From Octopus vulgaris (taxonomy: Eukaryota), in the NCBI GenBank assembly GCA_951406725.2, contig OX597821.1:23622001-23686000 (forward strand): 64,000 nucleotides of DNA, given 5' to 3'. Positions 1-13,970 of the stretch are shown piece by piece. Made by a program: the position numbers and the translations under genes. The notes under the pieces are model-generated. The model was not told the DNA's origin. It saw nothing but the letters and a program-made list of their open reading frames with translations, and made no database searches. Numbering within the stretch: position 1 is the first letter of the stretch; the number at the start of each line of letters is the position of its first letter.

Positions 1-43
1 CATCCTGGGAGTGAGCTTTTTTCGGATATGTGAACTATAAACG

Positions 44-92
<49 letters not shown>

Positions 93-94
<2 letters not shown>

Positions 95-335
95 GGCACG
101 TGGCCTAGAAGTTAGGCTGTTGCACTCATGATCGCTAAATCGTGAGTTCGGTTCCCTGAGGAGGCGACGCGTTGTGTTTTTGAGCAAGACACTTCATTTC
201 ACGTTGCTCCGACTCAATTTCGATCAGGGGAGGATGTTGGCCTGCTCGTTTAGCTAGCGGGGTGGCGTCACTGCAAAAGCGCATTGGGACCAGCGATGTG
301 TAACAGTATCTGAAAGCCTGGTCGGGCAGGTGATC
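93..335 (+). mobile_element. Degenerate tRNA-derived SINE
   Basis: tRNA-like head (ggcacgtggcctag...gagttcggttccc) followed by ttgagcaagacacttcatttcacgttgctcc, shared with copies at 28951 and 55437. Confidence 0.75.
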
Positions 336-349
336 ACGTGACATATTAC

Positions 350-880
350 GTAATAGAATTTTGTGTACTTTGGTACTCTTATAACCAATGACAACAATGA
401 CACCCGTGAAATGAAGTGAAGACTCAGCATAGCCAAGAATGCTATGATATGACTGAATAGTATATGGAAGAATAAGGCCATCTCCTTGCGGACAAAGAAA
501 AAATGACTCATCAATTCATTAATGTTTTGCATAGTCACCTATGGAGCTGATGCTGGATTATAAAGAAAATTGATAAAAGGCAAAATCAAAACATTTGAAC
601 AATGGTGTTTTAGACGCATTCTCAAAATAAGCGGGACAAATAAAAGAAATAATGAGTGGGTCCTTCACAAGATAAAGTAGCAAGAAATGCTGTTAAATAC
701 TATCATACGAAAATGGATCTTTACCGGTCAATACACTTAGAAGACAAGATCGAGACGAGTTGCTGTTAACAGGTGCGGCATATGACAAATGAACAAGAGG
801 AAGAGACCTAAAACCAGATATAGCGATAACATCAAAGAGACCGGTGGCGGATGTTTTGCAGAACTTTACAGACAGACACA
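350..880 (+). pseudogene. RTE-clade LINE reverse transcriptase C-terminal fragment, frameshifted
   Basis: Pieces translate to VYFGTLITNDN.., RLSIAKNAM..LNSIWKNKAISLRTK, VTYGA, FEQWCFRRILKIS..KRNNEWVL, KRKRPKTRYSDNIKE, the typical RTE/BovB-like ORF end. Confidence 0.8.
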
Positions 881-1081
881 TGGGTGGAAGGTCACGCGTG
901 TGTCTGTGTGTGCGTGCATGCGTGTGTGTTTGTGTTTGTGCCCCACCCCCACCACCACCACTACCACCGCTTGACAACATTGGTGTTTTCATGCAGCCCC
1001 TCCCGTAACTAAGCGTTCCGGCAAAATACGCAACAAAAAAATATTACTGCATTATAGCAGTAATATTTTTTGTTGGGAGAG

Positions 1082-1280
1082 AGTTAAAAGTTATGGCTAG
1101 CCATAGAGCAACGGCCAGTCGGACAATTATTTTTTGTTCAGAAACCAGCTCAATGTTATGTACTGTATGTCTTTCCTCAGTTCTAGATAGGTTATGCGCA
1201 TTCGGCCATTTGAGTGTCACTAGTCACCTATACTACTAAGCGCTTTATAGGTGCGAAACTAATGGCCATAACCTTTAACT
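1082..1280. mobile_element. Small MITE-like element with 16-bp terminal inverted repeats
   Basis: agttaaaagttatggc at 1082 and gccataacctttaact ending 1280 (one mismatch); no clear TSD. Confidence 0.5.
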
Positions 1281-1314
1281 TCCTAATATACATGTGCGAG
1301 TGTGCATATATATA

Positions 1315-1800
1315 TCTTTATATATATATAAAACTGAGAATGTGTGTCTGTCTGTGTTTCCCTAAAACTTGAGAACTACACGACCAATTTCATTCAAATT
1401 TTACACATGCCTTACTTAGGGTCCGGGGAGTGTCATCGGCAAAAAAATGTTCGACTTCTTGCCTAGGGCGAACCCATAGCAATATCATATCTTCTCCACT
1501 ATTTCAGTATTACTTGTTAAAAGTGAAACACAAACATTTCTCTATTTTATGTCAGATACTTTCACTTTAACAATAAAAATTAGAGATAATAATAACAATT
1601 GAATTATATGTGGCAAGTAATAATTAAAATTAAACTAAAGTATAATATAATCGTAACATAACAAAAGTAAAAATAGCAATTGGTTTAAAATTGCATCAAT
1701 GACTTGAACTTGAGTAAGTGGTTTCACATGAATGGGAATAAATTAAAAATAAAATTAGCGCGCAGAATGGAATAGTCCAGATGGAGCTGTGCACATACCG
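1315..1800 (+). mobile_element. Non-autonomous Helitron-like element, 5' part
   Basis: a|TCtttatatatatataaaactgagaatgtgtgtctgtctg start resembles the complete Helitrons at 33994 and 35279; 3' end not identified. Confidence 0.45.
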
Positions 1801-2178
1801 TTTACTACGGCTTTTACATTAGATTATCTGCTAATTAGCTAGCATTAAGTATCTATATGAAGTTTGGCTGTATGTAATGTCTGTTTTCTCGAACAGCCGC
1901 TTCTACTGAGTACTGCTGTTGGTTTATTCAACTGCGTACTGCTTTTTGATTCACCGTAAGGTTTGTTGTTATTATTATTACTGTTTAACTATTGTTATCA
2001 CGTTTGTTGGTTCCTCGTAAGGGAAACGTTGTTGTGTTGCATTTGTTAAATAATTGTAAACTGTAACCCTCCCCCTTTGGGAGAAGGAGCTTTGGTTATT
2101 GCTTAAAAATTGAATGGTGTCCCTGTTTAGAGAAATTGACAATATTTTCACCGTTTACACGGAAGCATTTTTGTTAGA

Positions 2179-2595
2179 ATGCCTTCGATAGAAGAAAGTC
2201 CAAAAATGAATTTCGCTACAGCCGTTGGCGGGCACGAACTCATTAAAATTAAAATGGAAGAAATACAAATCTATTTCGGATTGATCACCGACAAAGACGG
2301 TGAATCTAGGATAACACCACCAAACGAAATAAAAAATTAAATTAAAGAAAAGACTATTGTCTATAAAGTATACAATGTAGAGAAAAAACAAAGATTTGAA
2401 CACCAGGAGGAAAGCACCATCGAAAAGTGTCTTGGTGCTACTATGAAAGATATCTAACCAGAGCGGTAAATTCGCCACAATAGAAGCAAGGTTCGAGTCA
2501 ACGGAGCGTGCAAGGGAGTACTCGACTCGAACCTTGCAAAGTGGAAATATTTTATTTTTACCTTTATATCTGGGACGTAGGACATCCCGGATAAT
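2179..2595 (+). pseudogene. Decayed ORF1-like region of a LINE (L1/Tx1-like)
   Basis: Coding-like tract with stops and a frameshift: MPSIEESPKMNFATAV...KFATIEARFESTERAREYSTRTLQSGNILFLPLYLGRRTSRI; assignment by resemblance only. Confidence 0.4.
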
Positions 2596-2917
2596 AATAA
2601 TACAGAAGGAAATCATACGAAATTTATACTGAATAAAATGTATTATACATGCAAACATTATACAAATTTGGAACACAAAACAATAAGCATTTCCAAATAT
2701 ATGAAGGAAATATTAATTTTCAAACGTTACAAAAGATATGTACACCCCAAAGGAAATTTGCTACATTCAATATTTCATCCACTTTTTTTTTTTTTTACTA
2801 AATTCAGATATTGCTGATAATTTCAATTCTAATCAATTTTGCACCGGTCATTGTTATTGCATCTGCAGGAATTCTGATTTGTGTACCGCGGTGAAAAATT
2901 TCTTCGTTGTGATTAAA

Positions 2918-3898
2918 ATGGCTCCAAAAGGAAAAGAGATGCCTGAAGATTTGAAGAAAATTATTTTTAATTTGCACAATAATGGTTTAGGATACAAGCT
3001 AATAAGCAAACGAATACATATTAGCGTAAACACAATTGCCAAAGTAATTCAGAAAGTACAAAGCTATTGGACGGCAATAAACGTTGCCCAGGCCGTCCTT
3101 CTATTTTAACTGCGCGTGATATTCGCCACATCCAACGTTGTGTGATGGACGACAGTTGTCGTATCGCTTCATCTTTGGCCCAGGAAGTGTCTTCTGTAAG
3201 TGGAAAGTGTGTATCCGCCCAACCAGTTCGCCGAAGTTTGAACCAGTGTGGTCTTCATGGAGGCATTCCTCGTAGGAAGCCTCTCCTCACCACCAGGTAT
3301 AAATCAAGTCGTCTTTCTTTCTTGCTTTTTTTTTGTTTTGCTGAAACCTATGCAAGTAAGGGTAAGGTTTTTTTGGAATAAAATTCTTTCTTCTGACGAG
3401 ACTAAAATCAACTTGATTAGGTCAGATGGTATTAAACGAGTATGGTGACGACCAAGTGAAGATGATAGCAACAAATGCACTGTGCCTAGCGTGAAACACG
3501 GTGGCAGAAGTGTTATGCTTTGGGGATGCATGAGTGCTGCTGGTGTGGGAGCACTCGCATTTATCGAGAGAACAATGGCTTCAAGGCTTTATTGTGACAT
3601 ATTGCAGAAAATAATGTTGGAAAGCATCAAGGGACTAGGAAGACATCCAAGTTCCAACATGATAATGACGCTAAATACACTTCAAAGATGACAACTAAGT
3701 TTTTATCAGATAAAAAGGAAAAGACATTGCCTTGGCGTACCATGTGTCACTTGATTTAAATCCAATAGAACATCTGTGGGATGTTTTGAAAAGGAAGATT
3801 GAGGAGAAAACCACCCGAAATGTAACACAGTTAAAAGACATCATTCAGAATAAATGGGGGTGGATTTCATCTGTTATATGTGGAAATCTAGTCAACAC
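2918..3898 (+). pseudogene. Tc1-family (DD34E) transposase, frameshifted and 3'-truncated
   Basis: MAPKGKEMPEDLKKII..GYKLISK HTH, GRP, RRKPLL, SDETKINL, VKHGGRSVMLWGCMS, FQHDND, DLNPIEHLW motifs spread over several frames. Confidence 0.93.
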
Positions 3899-3900
3899 AC

Positions 3901-5055
3901 TTTTCCCATTTCAGCGGTAGCTTGTTCAGTCCGGAACTGTAAAAGCCTGGCAATCTAGAGTCAACAAAATCTTGGAAGACTTGTTTTATAGCATCGTCGG
4001 AATTAAATTTTTTACCTATCAAAAAGTTATCAAATTCTGAAAGAAGTGGTAGTCAGTGAGTATGGCGGATGGCGAAGAACTTCCAACTCCAACTCCTGTA
4101 GTCTCGCCATTGTCATTTTTGCGATGTGTGATCTGACGTTGTTTTGCAGTAGGAGTGGATCTGTTGACTAATCTATGCTGTTTTTTGTAAGTTTCTGCAT
4201 CATTTGGTCCACTTGGCTGCAGTATACTTCGGCCGTGATTGATGAGCCAAGTTTAATGAAATCATAATGGATCACATCTGCGCCAGACCATCAAACACAC
4301 ACCATCAGCTTCTTTTGATGAATTTTGCTTCTGGACTGTGTCTTGGTGGCTCGTCTTTGTTCAACCATTGTGCTAAACCTTTACGCTTGTTGTATTGGAT
4401 CTATTTCTCATCACATGTTACAATTCGATTAAAAAATTATTCATTTTTGTGATGAGAAAGTAGCATAATGCAGGCTTCCAAACGTTGCTGTTTCTCTGAA
4501 TTTCATTGAGTTCTGGTGGAACCCACTTATCCAAATTTTTCACTTTACCGATTTGAACTAGGTGAGTCTATATTGTTTGCTTGCTAACACCAAACAACAA
4601 CGATAATTCACGGGCACTTTGAGATGGGTTTGACTCGACGGTGGCTTTCATTTCGTCATTATCCACCTTAGTTTCTGGTCGACCGCGTTACTCATTTGTA
4701 AAGTCAAAGTTACCAGAACGAAATTTTGCAAACCAATTTGATACTGTCTGATGTGTAATAACATTAGAATGAAATACTCCATTAATATTACGAGCTGTCT
4801 GTGATACTGTATTTCCAAGAAAGAACTCATATTTCAAAGCTGTACGAATTTCTGACTTATCCATCTCTAAACAAAAATAGCAAAAAGCGATTTATAAATA
4901 CTTTATAAAGCGCAAAATGAGTTAGAATAAAGAAATAGATGTGTCAGCTTTCTAACAAAAAATAAAGATTGCCAAAGTATAATAATGGCGCAAAATGAGC
5001 AGCTGTCAAAGTTTACCATATACCTTACTACAAATTTCATACTTGACAACCTAAT
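3901..5055 (-). pseudogene. Mariner element: 5' TIR plus decayed transposase (ATG about 4864)
   Basis: Minus strand: MDKSEIR.., KWVPPEL, RIVTCDEK, HPPYS, DYHFF, GLNKLPLKWEK; TIR-like ttaggttgtcaagtatgaaat near 5035-5055. Confidence 0.9.
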
Positions 5056-5094
5056 TACTAAAAAAAGTATTCATTACCAATGCACAGTCTGATA

Positions 5095-5320
5095 TTTTAA
5101 ATGATTTTAATGATGGTGACTCCAATGTTTCACGAAGTGGCTTATTCAAACCGTAAATGTAACGGTGTTACCTTGGATTTAGATAATGTTCTGTTTAATA
5201 TAAGAGACAATGGATAAATTAGTATAAATGGGAGGAGTTAGGATGAAGATGGTAACGATTGACAGTGGTCAGTATTTAATTTTTAGAAGGAGGTTTAAAT
5301 GAATGGGCGGGATTTATGCT
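5095..5320 (-). pseudogene. Possible Penelope-like RT thumb fragment
   Basis: Minus strand gives ..TDH.. and YHLHPNSSH resembling the K.TD..QYL...S.HP motif; very decayed. Confidence 0.3.
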
Positions 5321-5825
5321 TGTCAGTGTTTGGACGTGTCGTGAGACGAAGGTCTTTTCACGTTCAAACACCATTTTCGTTGTCTTGAACACCATTTTTA
5401 TTCTCTTGGTGTTTTAGGTGTATGTGTAGTCGTGAGCAGACATAGTTGTCTACCGAGTTTCGGAAGTGTGGGTCAACGGAACATCAGGTATGTGACTACT
5501 GGAGGGAGAGATCGAGCTGTGGCAGCACGAAGCTGATACTAATTTCCATCTGAGTAGATTGGAGCAACGTAAAATGAAAAAGCTTCACCCAAGGACACAA
5601 CGAGCCGTTCATTTCAGGAATCGTACACACTATTTTATGATAGTGAGCCAAACACTCTAACTGTTAGGCGACAAGCCTTACATACATGTATAAATGTGTG
5701 TGCGTATATACATATATGTGTATATGTTTACATTTGGACATGAGGGGCATTTACAGGTGTTTGTAAGTAGAATTGCGACCATATGTGATTACATATACAA
5801 ACGCGTGTGTACTTACATTTAACCG

Positions 5826-5970
5826 TATACATACATACATACATACATACATACATACATACATACATACATACATAATACATACATACATACATACATA
5901 CATACATACATACATACATACATAATACATACATATATACATACATACATACGTACGTACGTATGTATGT
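5826..5970. repeat. (TACA)n microsatellite
   Basis: Direct reading. Confidence 0.97.
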
Positions 5971-6254
5971 GGGGGCGGGGTTCTGTGAGTAAAGCACAAG
6001 GGCGCATGGCTAATGACTAGGGTGTAGTACTCACGATCGCGAGATCGCGGTTTCCATTCCCGGACCGGACGATGCATATGTTCTTGAGCAAAAGAGTTCA
6101 TATTGTGTTACTTTGTGATCACTTCGGCGTCTGACGTACGGCACCCGTAACAGCTTATACCTGACGTAAGGCACACCGTGCACCCGTACAGTTTATATCG
6201 ATTTCATAAAGACAGTGAGCTAATTTACAGCAGAAGCACTTGCTCACTATAAAT

Positions 6255-6497
6255 CAGTTGTTCTCAACCGGCGTCCCTATGACCGTTGAGGGCCCACATA
6301 AAATTTTGTTGTTAAAGAGTATGTGCAGTTAGTTATAATTCTATAGTACATAAAATACTTTAATTTCTTTTTATACACTTTTAATTATAAAACCACAATA
6401 AGGTTTTTTCTAACATCACATGGCCATGAGGGTCCACTCGAGTTTTAAAAAAAGGAATGAAAGGGTTCCATAGTAAATAAATGGTTGAGTGGTACTG
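6255..6497. mobile_element. hAT (Charlie-like) MITE
   Basis: cagttgttctcaacc...ggttgagtggtactg termini; related pieces at 7380-7450, 58480-58620 and 60170-60242. Confidence 0.65.
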
Positions 6498-6739
6498 CTT
6501 ATAAACAAATCACCTGTACAGCTTTATTAGACCTTCTCAGTGAAACATTGCTTGTCAGTAAGAGATAGATCTTGGAATGACTCGGGGATGATATAGGACG
6601 AACGTTATGTATCAAAAGAAGGACAAAATAAAATAGAAAAGGAAAAAACGTAGGGATGTCCGCTTCATGGAAACATGACAGTAATGTAGTCGTTAGCATG
6701 CGTAATATAGTAGCCTAAAACATTTGATTAATTGAAAGT

Positions 6740-7126
6740 GGTGGAAGCACTCCGTCGGTTACGACGATGAGGGTTCCGGTTGATCCGAATCAACGGAACA
6801 GCCTGCTCGTGAAATTAACGTGTAAGTGGCTGAGCACTCCACAGACACGTGTACCCTTAACGTAGTTCTCGGGGATATTCAGCGTGACACAGAGAGTGAC
6901 AAGGCCGGCCCTTTGAAATACAGGTACAACAGAAACAGGAAGTAAGAGTGAGAGAAAGTTGTGGTGAAAGAGTACAGCAGGAATCACAACCATCCCCTGC
7001 CAGAGCCTCGTGGAGCTTTAGGTGCTTTCGCTCAATAAACACTCACAACGCCCGGTCTGGGAATCGAAACAGCGATCTTATGACCGCGAGTCCGCTGCCC
7101 TAACCACTGGGCCATTGCGCCTCCAC
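6740..7126 (-). mobile_element. Full-length tRNA-derived SINE (family B, about 390 bp) with 10-bp TSD
   Basis: Head gtggaggcgcaatggcccagtggttagggcagcggactcgcgg..gtttcgattccc on minus strand; TSD aattgaaagt at 6730-6739 and 7127-7136. Confidence 0.93.
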
Positions 7127-7776
7127 AATTGAAAGTACTAGCCGTGGTAATGAGAACAATCCAACTTTTTATTTAAACAGACTCTATTTAAGAGTATAAT
7201 ATACAATGTGTTCTTCCTTTTTAAAGAAAGCAGAGGGTGAATCGAGGATTATTTAACAAAGTTTCTAGCCACTGAAACATGTTTCCTCAGAGAATGCTCT
7301 TACAAACCTACACAAGTGAACGTGTGAAAAACAAAATAGGAATTTAGAAACAAGTAACTAGTGTTTAAACATAGAATGGATATGGGGGCCCACCAGAATA
7401 AACTTGCAATTAAAGAGGCCCATAGGTCAAAAAATGGCTGAGAACCGCTGACCTTGAGATTACTGTTGTTGGCTATTGTTAATTATTGTTCTTGCTTTGA
7501 TGTTTGCGTCGCTGTTGCTGATATAGCAGTAACGAAGTATGAAAATCCCTGATTATAATATTTGATGTGCCTTTTACTTATTCAATATAATAAGGTGAAA
7601 ATTGAGTTTGAAGTAGCTGTTATGTCTAGCATGTGGGAGAACTAAATAAAGACTCACTTGTCCGGGTGTTCAATAGTATTGTTTATGTCTGTAGAAGCAA
7701 TAAAAATGCCATATTTCACTCTAGATATTTAATAACCACTTGATATATATATAAGGGCAAAGGCTATATAAAATAC

Positions 7777-7838
<62 letters not shown>

Positions 7839-8140
7839 GATAAATACAGATAGATACGTATATATATTCTTTCACACGTTTCAGTCATTTGACTTCGGCC
7901 GCGCTGGAGCACCGCTTTTAGTTAAAGAAATAGACTCCAGGACTTATTCTTTGTAAGCCTAGCACTTATTCTATCGGCTCTATATACATATACATATATA
8001 CATATACATGTACACTTAGCAAAATATACATCCTTACCTATCGAGACCCAACTAATTTCAATATCTAATCCCTAACCTGATATGAAAAACTTATCTTGTG
8101 CGAGTGTTTATAAGCACCTATATATGCACTTGTGTGTGGG

Positions 8141-8215
<75 letters not shown>

Positions 8216-8553
8216 ATATATATATATATATGTATTCTTTTCATTCTCTTATTCTTTTACATGTTTTTCTCATTTGACTGCGGCCATGCTGGAGCATCGC
8301 CTTTAGTCGAACAGTTCGACCCCAGTACTTATTCATTGTAAGCTTAGAACTTATTCGATCAATCGCTTTTGCCAAACAGTTAAGGTACGGGTACACAAAC
8401 ACATCAACATTGGTTGTCATGTGATGGTGGGGAGACAAACACACACACACACAAAACACACATGTATATATATATATATATATATATAAACATATATACG
8501 TACACACAGAAAAATGCATACATACATATATGCATACATATAAATGTATGTGC

Positions 8554-8603
<50 letters not shown>

Positions 8604-8618
8604 GCATGTATATACATA

Positions 8619-8815
8619 TGTGACCGCGTGTGTATCGTTGGCGATTTTCTTTCTCCGTCTTCCCTTCTTTGGACTTTTACAATATTTCTGACGAAGAGCT
8701 CCGCTCGAAACGTTAAATTCTCCTTCTTTCTTTCCTTTCCTGAGCGTCTAATAACACTACACTTAGTCTACGTCCTCGCGTTGTTGTGATTTTCTTTGTT
8801 CATGTTTGGATTAAC
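8619..8815 (+). mobile_element. Short Penelope pseudo-LTR-like element with minimal hammerhead motif
   Basis: attt-CTGACGA-aGAGCtccGCTC-GAAAC-GTT-aaat at 8684-8718; homologous copy at 12631-12837 on minus strand. Confidence 0.75.
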
Positions 8816-9089
8816 TATATATACATGTATATATAAATATGCTAATATCTATATGCACACGCACATATACACTCACACACACATATATGTACTCTATCTA
8901 CACACAATTTTGCCCTTTGTGGGCAAAATTTAAAAAATTCTCGTAGGCCTCGTGTTGTATTTTAGCCATTTTTTTTTCAAAAATGGCTACTGGTCACCAC
9001 GAGGCTGAGGCGCAACTGAAGTGTGACGCCAAAACAAAAAAAAACAGGATGCCCTGTCACCATGCGCTGAACTTGACTGTGTAAACACT

Positions 9090-9390
9090 ACTTACACCAC
9101 CACCACAACCACCACCATCAGCATCGACAACAGCAACAAATACAAAACAAAGGTCGCAAGGCCAAGCACCGTCACCGCCACCAGTGATTCCACCATCAAC
9201 ACCGACACCACCACCATGGCAGCATTTGCTACTACAACTGCTATCTCTGCTAACGACACCACTACCAACAACAATAACAATACCAACATCACCATCACCG
9301 CTACCAAAGACCGTGCCGTCAATGCCTCCCTTGCTACTAATACCACCGCCGTCACCAAGAACGACAATAGCAACAACAACAACAATTCCC
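9090..9390. repeat. Degenerate (ACC/AAC)n trinucleotide low-complexity tract
   Basis: Direct reading. Confidence 0.85.
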
Positions 9391-9577
9391 TTCAGTCACT
9401 GTTCACTCCATCACCAACAAGTGAAGGTGAGAAAAAAATAACAGCGACAATCAAACGAGGTGCCGAAATTTGCGCTAATGCAGGACCAAATTACGCAGAC
9501 AATTTTCCACCCCTTGCTAGTTGCATAATCAGCAACCACAAACCTAATATACCCACAACCCACACCCCTGCCATCAA

Positions 9578-10491
<914 letters not shown>

Positions 10492-10878
10492 AAAAAAAAA
10501 AAAGAAATATAAAATGTGACTTCATTGACCGAGGTTACCGTGGTCTTTTCCGTAGGCTTTTCTTTCCACGGGTAAACCTCACCTGTCCTCCCCTTTACAC
10601 TTCATATTGACATTTCTGTGATAACGATCCCTATTGATCAATTTTTTTTCCTCCCCCCCTTTTTTTAACCCCCCTTTTTTGTCCTCTTTCTCTCCTTTTA
10701 CGATCCCTTTTGATCGAAACTCCCCCCTTCCCTTTTTTTTTTTTTTTTCTAACCCTTCAAAAGAAAAGCTCTACCTTGTAATTTGTTCTATCTGTGTGCA
10801 GCCCGGTGTGGCTAATAAAGAAACATATCTATCTATCCATCTATCCATCTATCCATCTATCTATCTATTTATCTATCC

Positions 10879-10945
<67 letters not shown>

Positions 10946-10954
10946 CATCTATCC

Positions 10955-10995
<41 letters not shown>
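10492..10995 (+). mobile_element. Second copy of the same LINE 3'UTR with (TCTA)n tail
   Basis: atgtgacttcattgaccgaggttaccgtggtc...gctaataaagaaac nearly identical to 9860-10168. Confidence 0.85.
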
Positions 10996-11116
10996 AAAAA
11001 GGTAGGTCGACTTATACAAGAAGACAACTTTGTGCGGCCCAAAAATTCCATGTGAATTGCTGCAGGATTTGGAAAGCAAATGATGATATTTACATGTCTA
11101 CGCTACATGTTTGCAC

Positions 11117-11542
11117 TGAAGTTTTGTCTCGCGAAAGATTCAAAAAAAGATGGGTGAATGTTGCAAAGATGGTGCGTGCTAGTAACGAAACCATTTTGAG
11201 CATGATCCTGTAGATCGTAAAAAAGAAAGAAAGAGAGCATTTTTGACCTCATGTGTTTATTTCCTCCCTGACTGGGGTTCCCGTGGTCTTTTCTGTAGGC
11301 TTTTCTTCCCACGGATGAACCCAATCTTGTTATATCAATGTTTACACCATTATTTCTGTGATACACGATTTTCTTTTTTTCCTTTTTTTTTCCTCCTCTC
11401 GATCCCTTTTGATCGCAATCTTACATTTTTTATTTTTTTCCACCCTCGAAAAGAAAAGCTCTGCATTTGTATTTGTCCCCTCTGTATTCAGCCCTGTGTG
11501 GCTAATAAAAGAAAGTTATCTATCTATCTATCTGTCTGTCTG

Positions 11543-11623
<81 letters not shown>

Positions 11624-11632
11624 GTATGTCTG

Positions 11633-11706
<74 letters not shown>

Positions 11707-11716
11707 AATCTATCTA
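11117..11716 (+). mobile_element. Third, more diverged copy of the LINE 3' end with (TCTA)n tail
   Basis: [31 protein letters not shown] plus homologous UTR and gctaataaa. Confidence 0.8.
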
Positions 11717-12557
11717 TTCTTTTCTTTTCTTTTCTTTTATGTTTCAGCCCCCTTTATTCCTTTACTGGCTTCAGTCATTCGACTACGGCCGTGATGGGGT
11801 TTTAGTCGAACAAATTGATCTCAGGACTTACTATTTTTCTTTTAAAGCTAGTACTTATTCTATCGGTTATTATTTATTTTTTTGCCGAACCGCTACCTCA
11901 CGGGAACGTAAACACCAGTATCGGTTGTCAAACGTGTAGAGGAGACAAACACAGACACACGAACATACACACTATCGCGCGCGCATATATGTGTGAATGC
12001 ATATATGTATATATATTTGTGTGTGTGTGTGCGTGTCTGTGTGCGTGTGTGTGAGTGTGTGTATTTGTGTCTGCGTTTGTATCCCCAATATCGCTTGACA
12101 ACCGATGTTAGTGTGTTTACGTCTCCATAACTTAGTAGTTCGGCAAAAGATACCGATAGAATAAGTATTAGGCTCACAAAGAATAAGTCCTGGGGTCGAT
12201 TTGTTCGACTAAAGGCAGCGCTCCAGCATGACCGCAGTCAAATGACTGAAGCAAGTAACAGAAAATAAAAGAAATATATATATTTTGTTATATTTCGGGA
12301 TCCTGCTGAGGATACACGTGGGATGGAAGAGGTCACAGATGTGTGGAGAATGATTTTCAGACAATGGACGTGTGTGTGTGTGTGTATGTGTGTGTGTGTG
12401 TGTGTGTGTGCATGTGTATGTGTGTGTGTGTTTATATATATATATAAAGAGAACGTCAAAAATCACGCACCAATAAGGTCAATACGCTTCGGATTTGTCA
12501 AAGACATGCTTCAGTGTTTCTAAAATTGAATAAAATAAATAAAATAATGATGAAACA

Positions 12558-12630
<73 letters not shown>

Positions 12631-12632
<2 letters not shown>

Positions 12633-12837
12633 AAGTGAATCCAAACAAGAACAAGCAAGAAAGAAAAACAACAACGCGAGGACGTGGTACAAGTACAGTG
12701 TTATTGGACGCTCAGGAAAGGAAAGAAAAGAAAGAGGATTCAACGTTTCGAGCGGAGCTCTTCATCAGAAATATAGAAAAAGTCCAAAGAAGGGAAGACG
12801 GAGAAAGAAAATCGCCAACGATACACACGTGGTCACA
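12631..12837 (-). mobile_element. Short Penelope pseudo-LTR-like element with minimal hammerhead motif
   Basis: Minus strand attt-CTGATGA-aGAGCtccGCTC-GAAAC-GTT-gaat; reverse-complement homologue of 8619-8815. Confidence 0.78.
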
Positions 12838-13111
12838 CACACACACACACACACACAGACACACACACACACACACACACTCACACATAAATAAATATAC
12901 ACACAGACACACATACACACTCACAAATATATATATATATATATATAAATGGACCATAAACAAAACTTGACTTAAACAGGATTTATATAATCCTATCAGG
13001 TGGTGCTATTAAGTTAGATATGACCTGGACCTATCTTTGATCGAAACATATCAGGTATACATATATACATACATATCTAAGTTATATATATATATATATA
13101 TATATAATTAT

Positions 13112-13289
13112 AGTCCGTATGTATCACTTAGGTTTTCGAGGGAGGATGACCTCCCTTTGCAAATAACACAAGGGCACTGAAATTGTGTCTAAGGCCAGCT
13201 GGAGACGTCGATCTCCTGGGGCTAAAAGCGTCAGTAACACCCACCCCCAGTGGCTAGCCACATTCAGATGGCTAGTACACTTTACGTTA
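13112..13289 (+). repeat. Structured dispersed repeat (copy A)
   Basis: Aligns end to end with 51827-52004; four predicted hairpins. Confidence 0.85.
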
Positions 13290-13493
13290 TTATTTGAGGG
13301 TTATATAAGTTAGCAAAGTTAGTGGTTGGAATAACTTCTAAGGTATCCGTTTTTACTACCGGTTTAAATTATATATTTAGAAGTTTGTTTGTTATGGCGT
13401 GTTTATGATTGATCATTGGTTTCGCACCCATAAAGCGTTTATCTGTATAGGCAATTCGTCAGGTTCAAATGGCCAGAGGGTACAGCTATCTGC

Positions 13494-13706
13494 CTATTGT
13501 TCGTTTCTTACCAATGCCTATTGTTCGTTTCTTACCAATGCTATTGTTCGTTTCTTACCAATGCTATTGTTCGTTTCTTACCAATGCTATTGTTCGTTTC
13601 TTACCAATGCTATTGTTCGTTTCTTACCAATGCTATTGTTCGTTTCTTACCAATGCTATTGTTCGTTTCTTACCAATGCTATTGTTCGTTTCTTACCAAT
13701 GCTATT
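13494..13706. repeat. Minisatellite, 23-bp unit ctattgttcgtttcttaccaatg, 9 copies
   Basis: Direct reading; units identical apart from one extra base after the first. Confidence 0.97.
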
Positions 13707-13812
13707 TTGGGTAAATATGGAAAATATTTTGAAAAATAGGGGTTTTATAGCTCTATTCTTCCCCTACAACTTTATATATATATAAAAAAAATTTTTACTT
13801 CTTTTCAGACGT

Positions 13813-13970
13813 ATGGCTATAGAGTACCGAGTAGGAAACGAGCATTTTCTACACTTGTTTCTTTTTGCTTCCAATCAAGCTCGCAAAGCTGCCAAGCTGC
13901 TCGAGAGATTTCTGCTGTCTACGGGGAAAAGGTAGTATTACTGAAAGAACTGCAGAGAAATGGTTTTTTT
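13813..13970 (+). pseudogene. Mariner transposase N-terminal fragment
   Basis: EYRVGNEHFLHLFLFASNQARKAA..AREISAVYGE..ITERTAEKWF matches the mariner HTH start. Confidence 0.7.

Noticed and set aside
13020-13056. Hammerhead-like gacctgga..gatcgaaacatatcagg
   Set aside because: No CUGANGA core is recoverable; too decayed. The same holds for 50014-50046.
13190-13240. HDV-like ribozyme suggested by ggctaa
   Set aside because: I could not build the P1/P2/P3 nested pseudoknot from the sequence.
13494-13706. CRISPR-like repeat array
   Set aside because: Units are directly adjacent with no spacers, there are no cas genes, and the context is eukaryotic.
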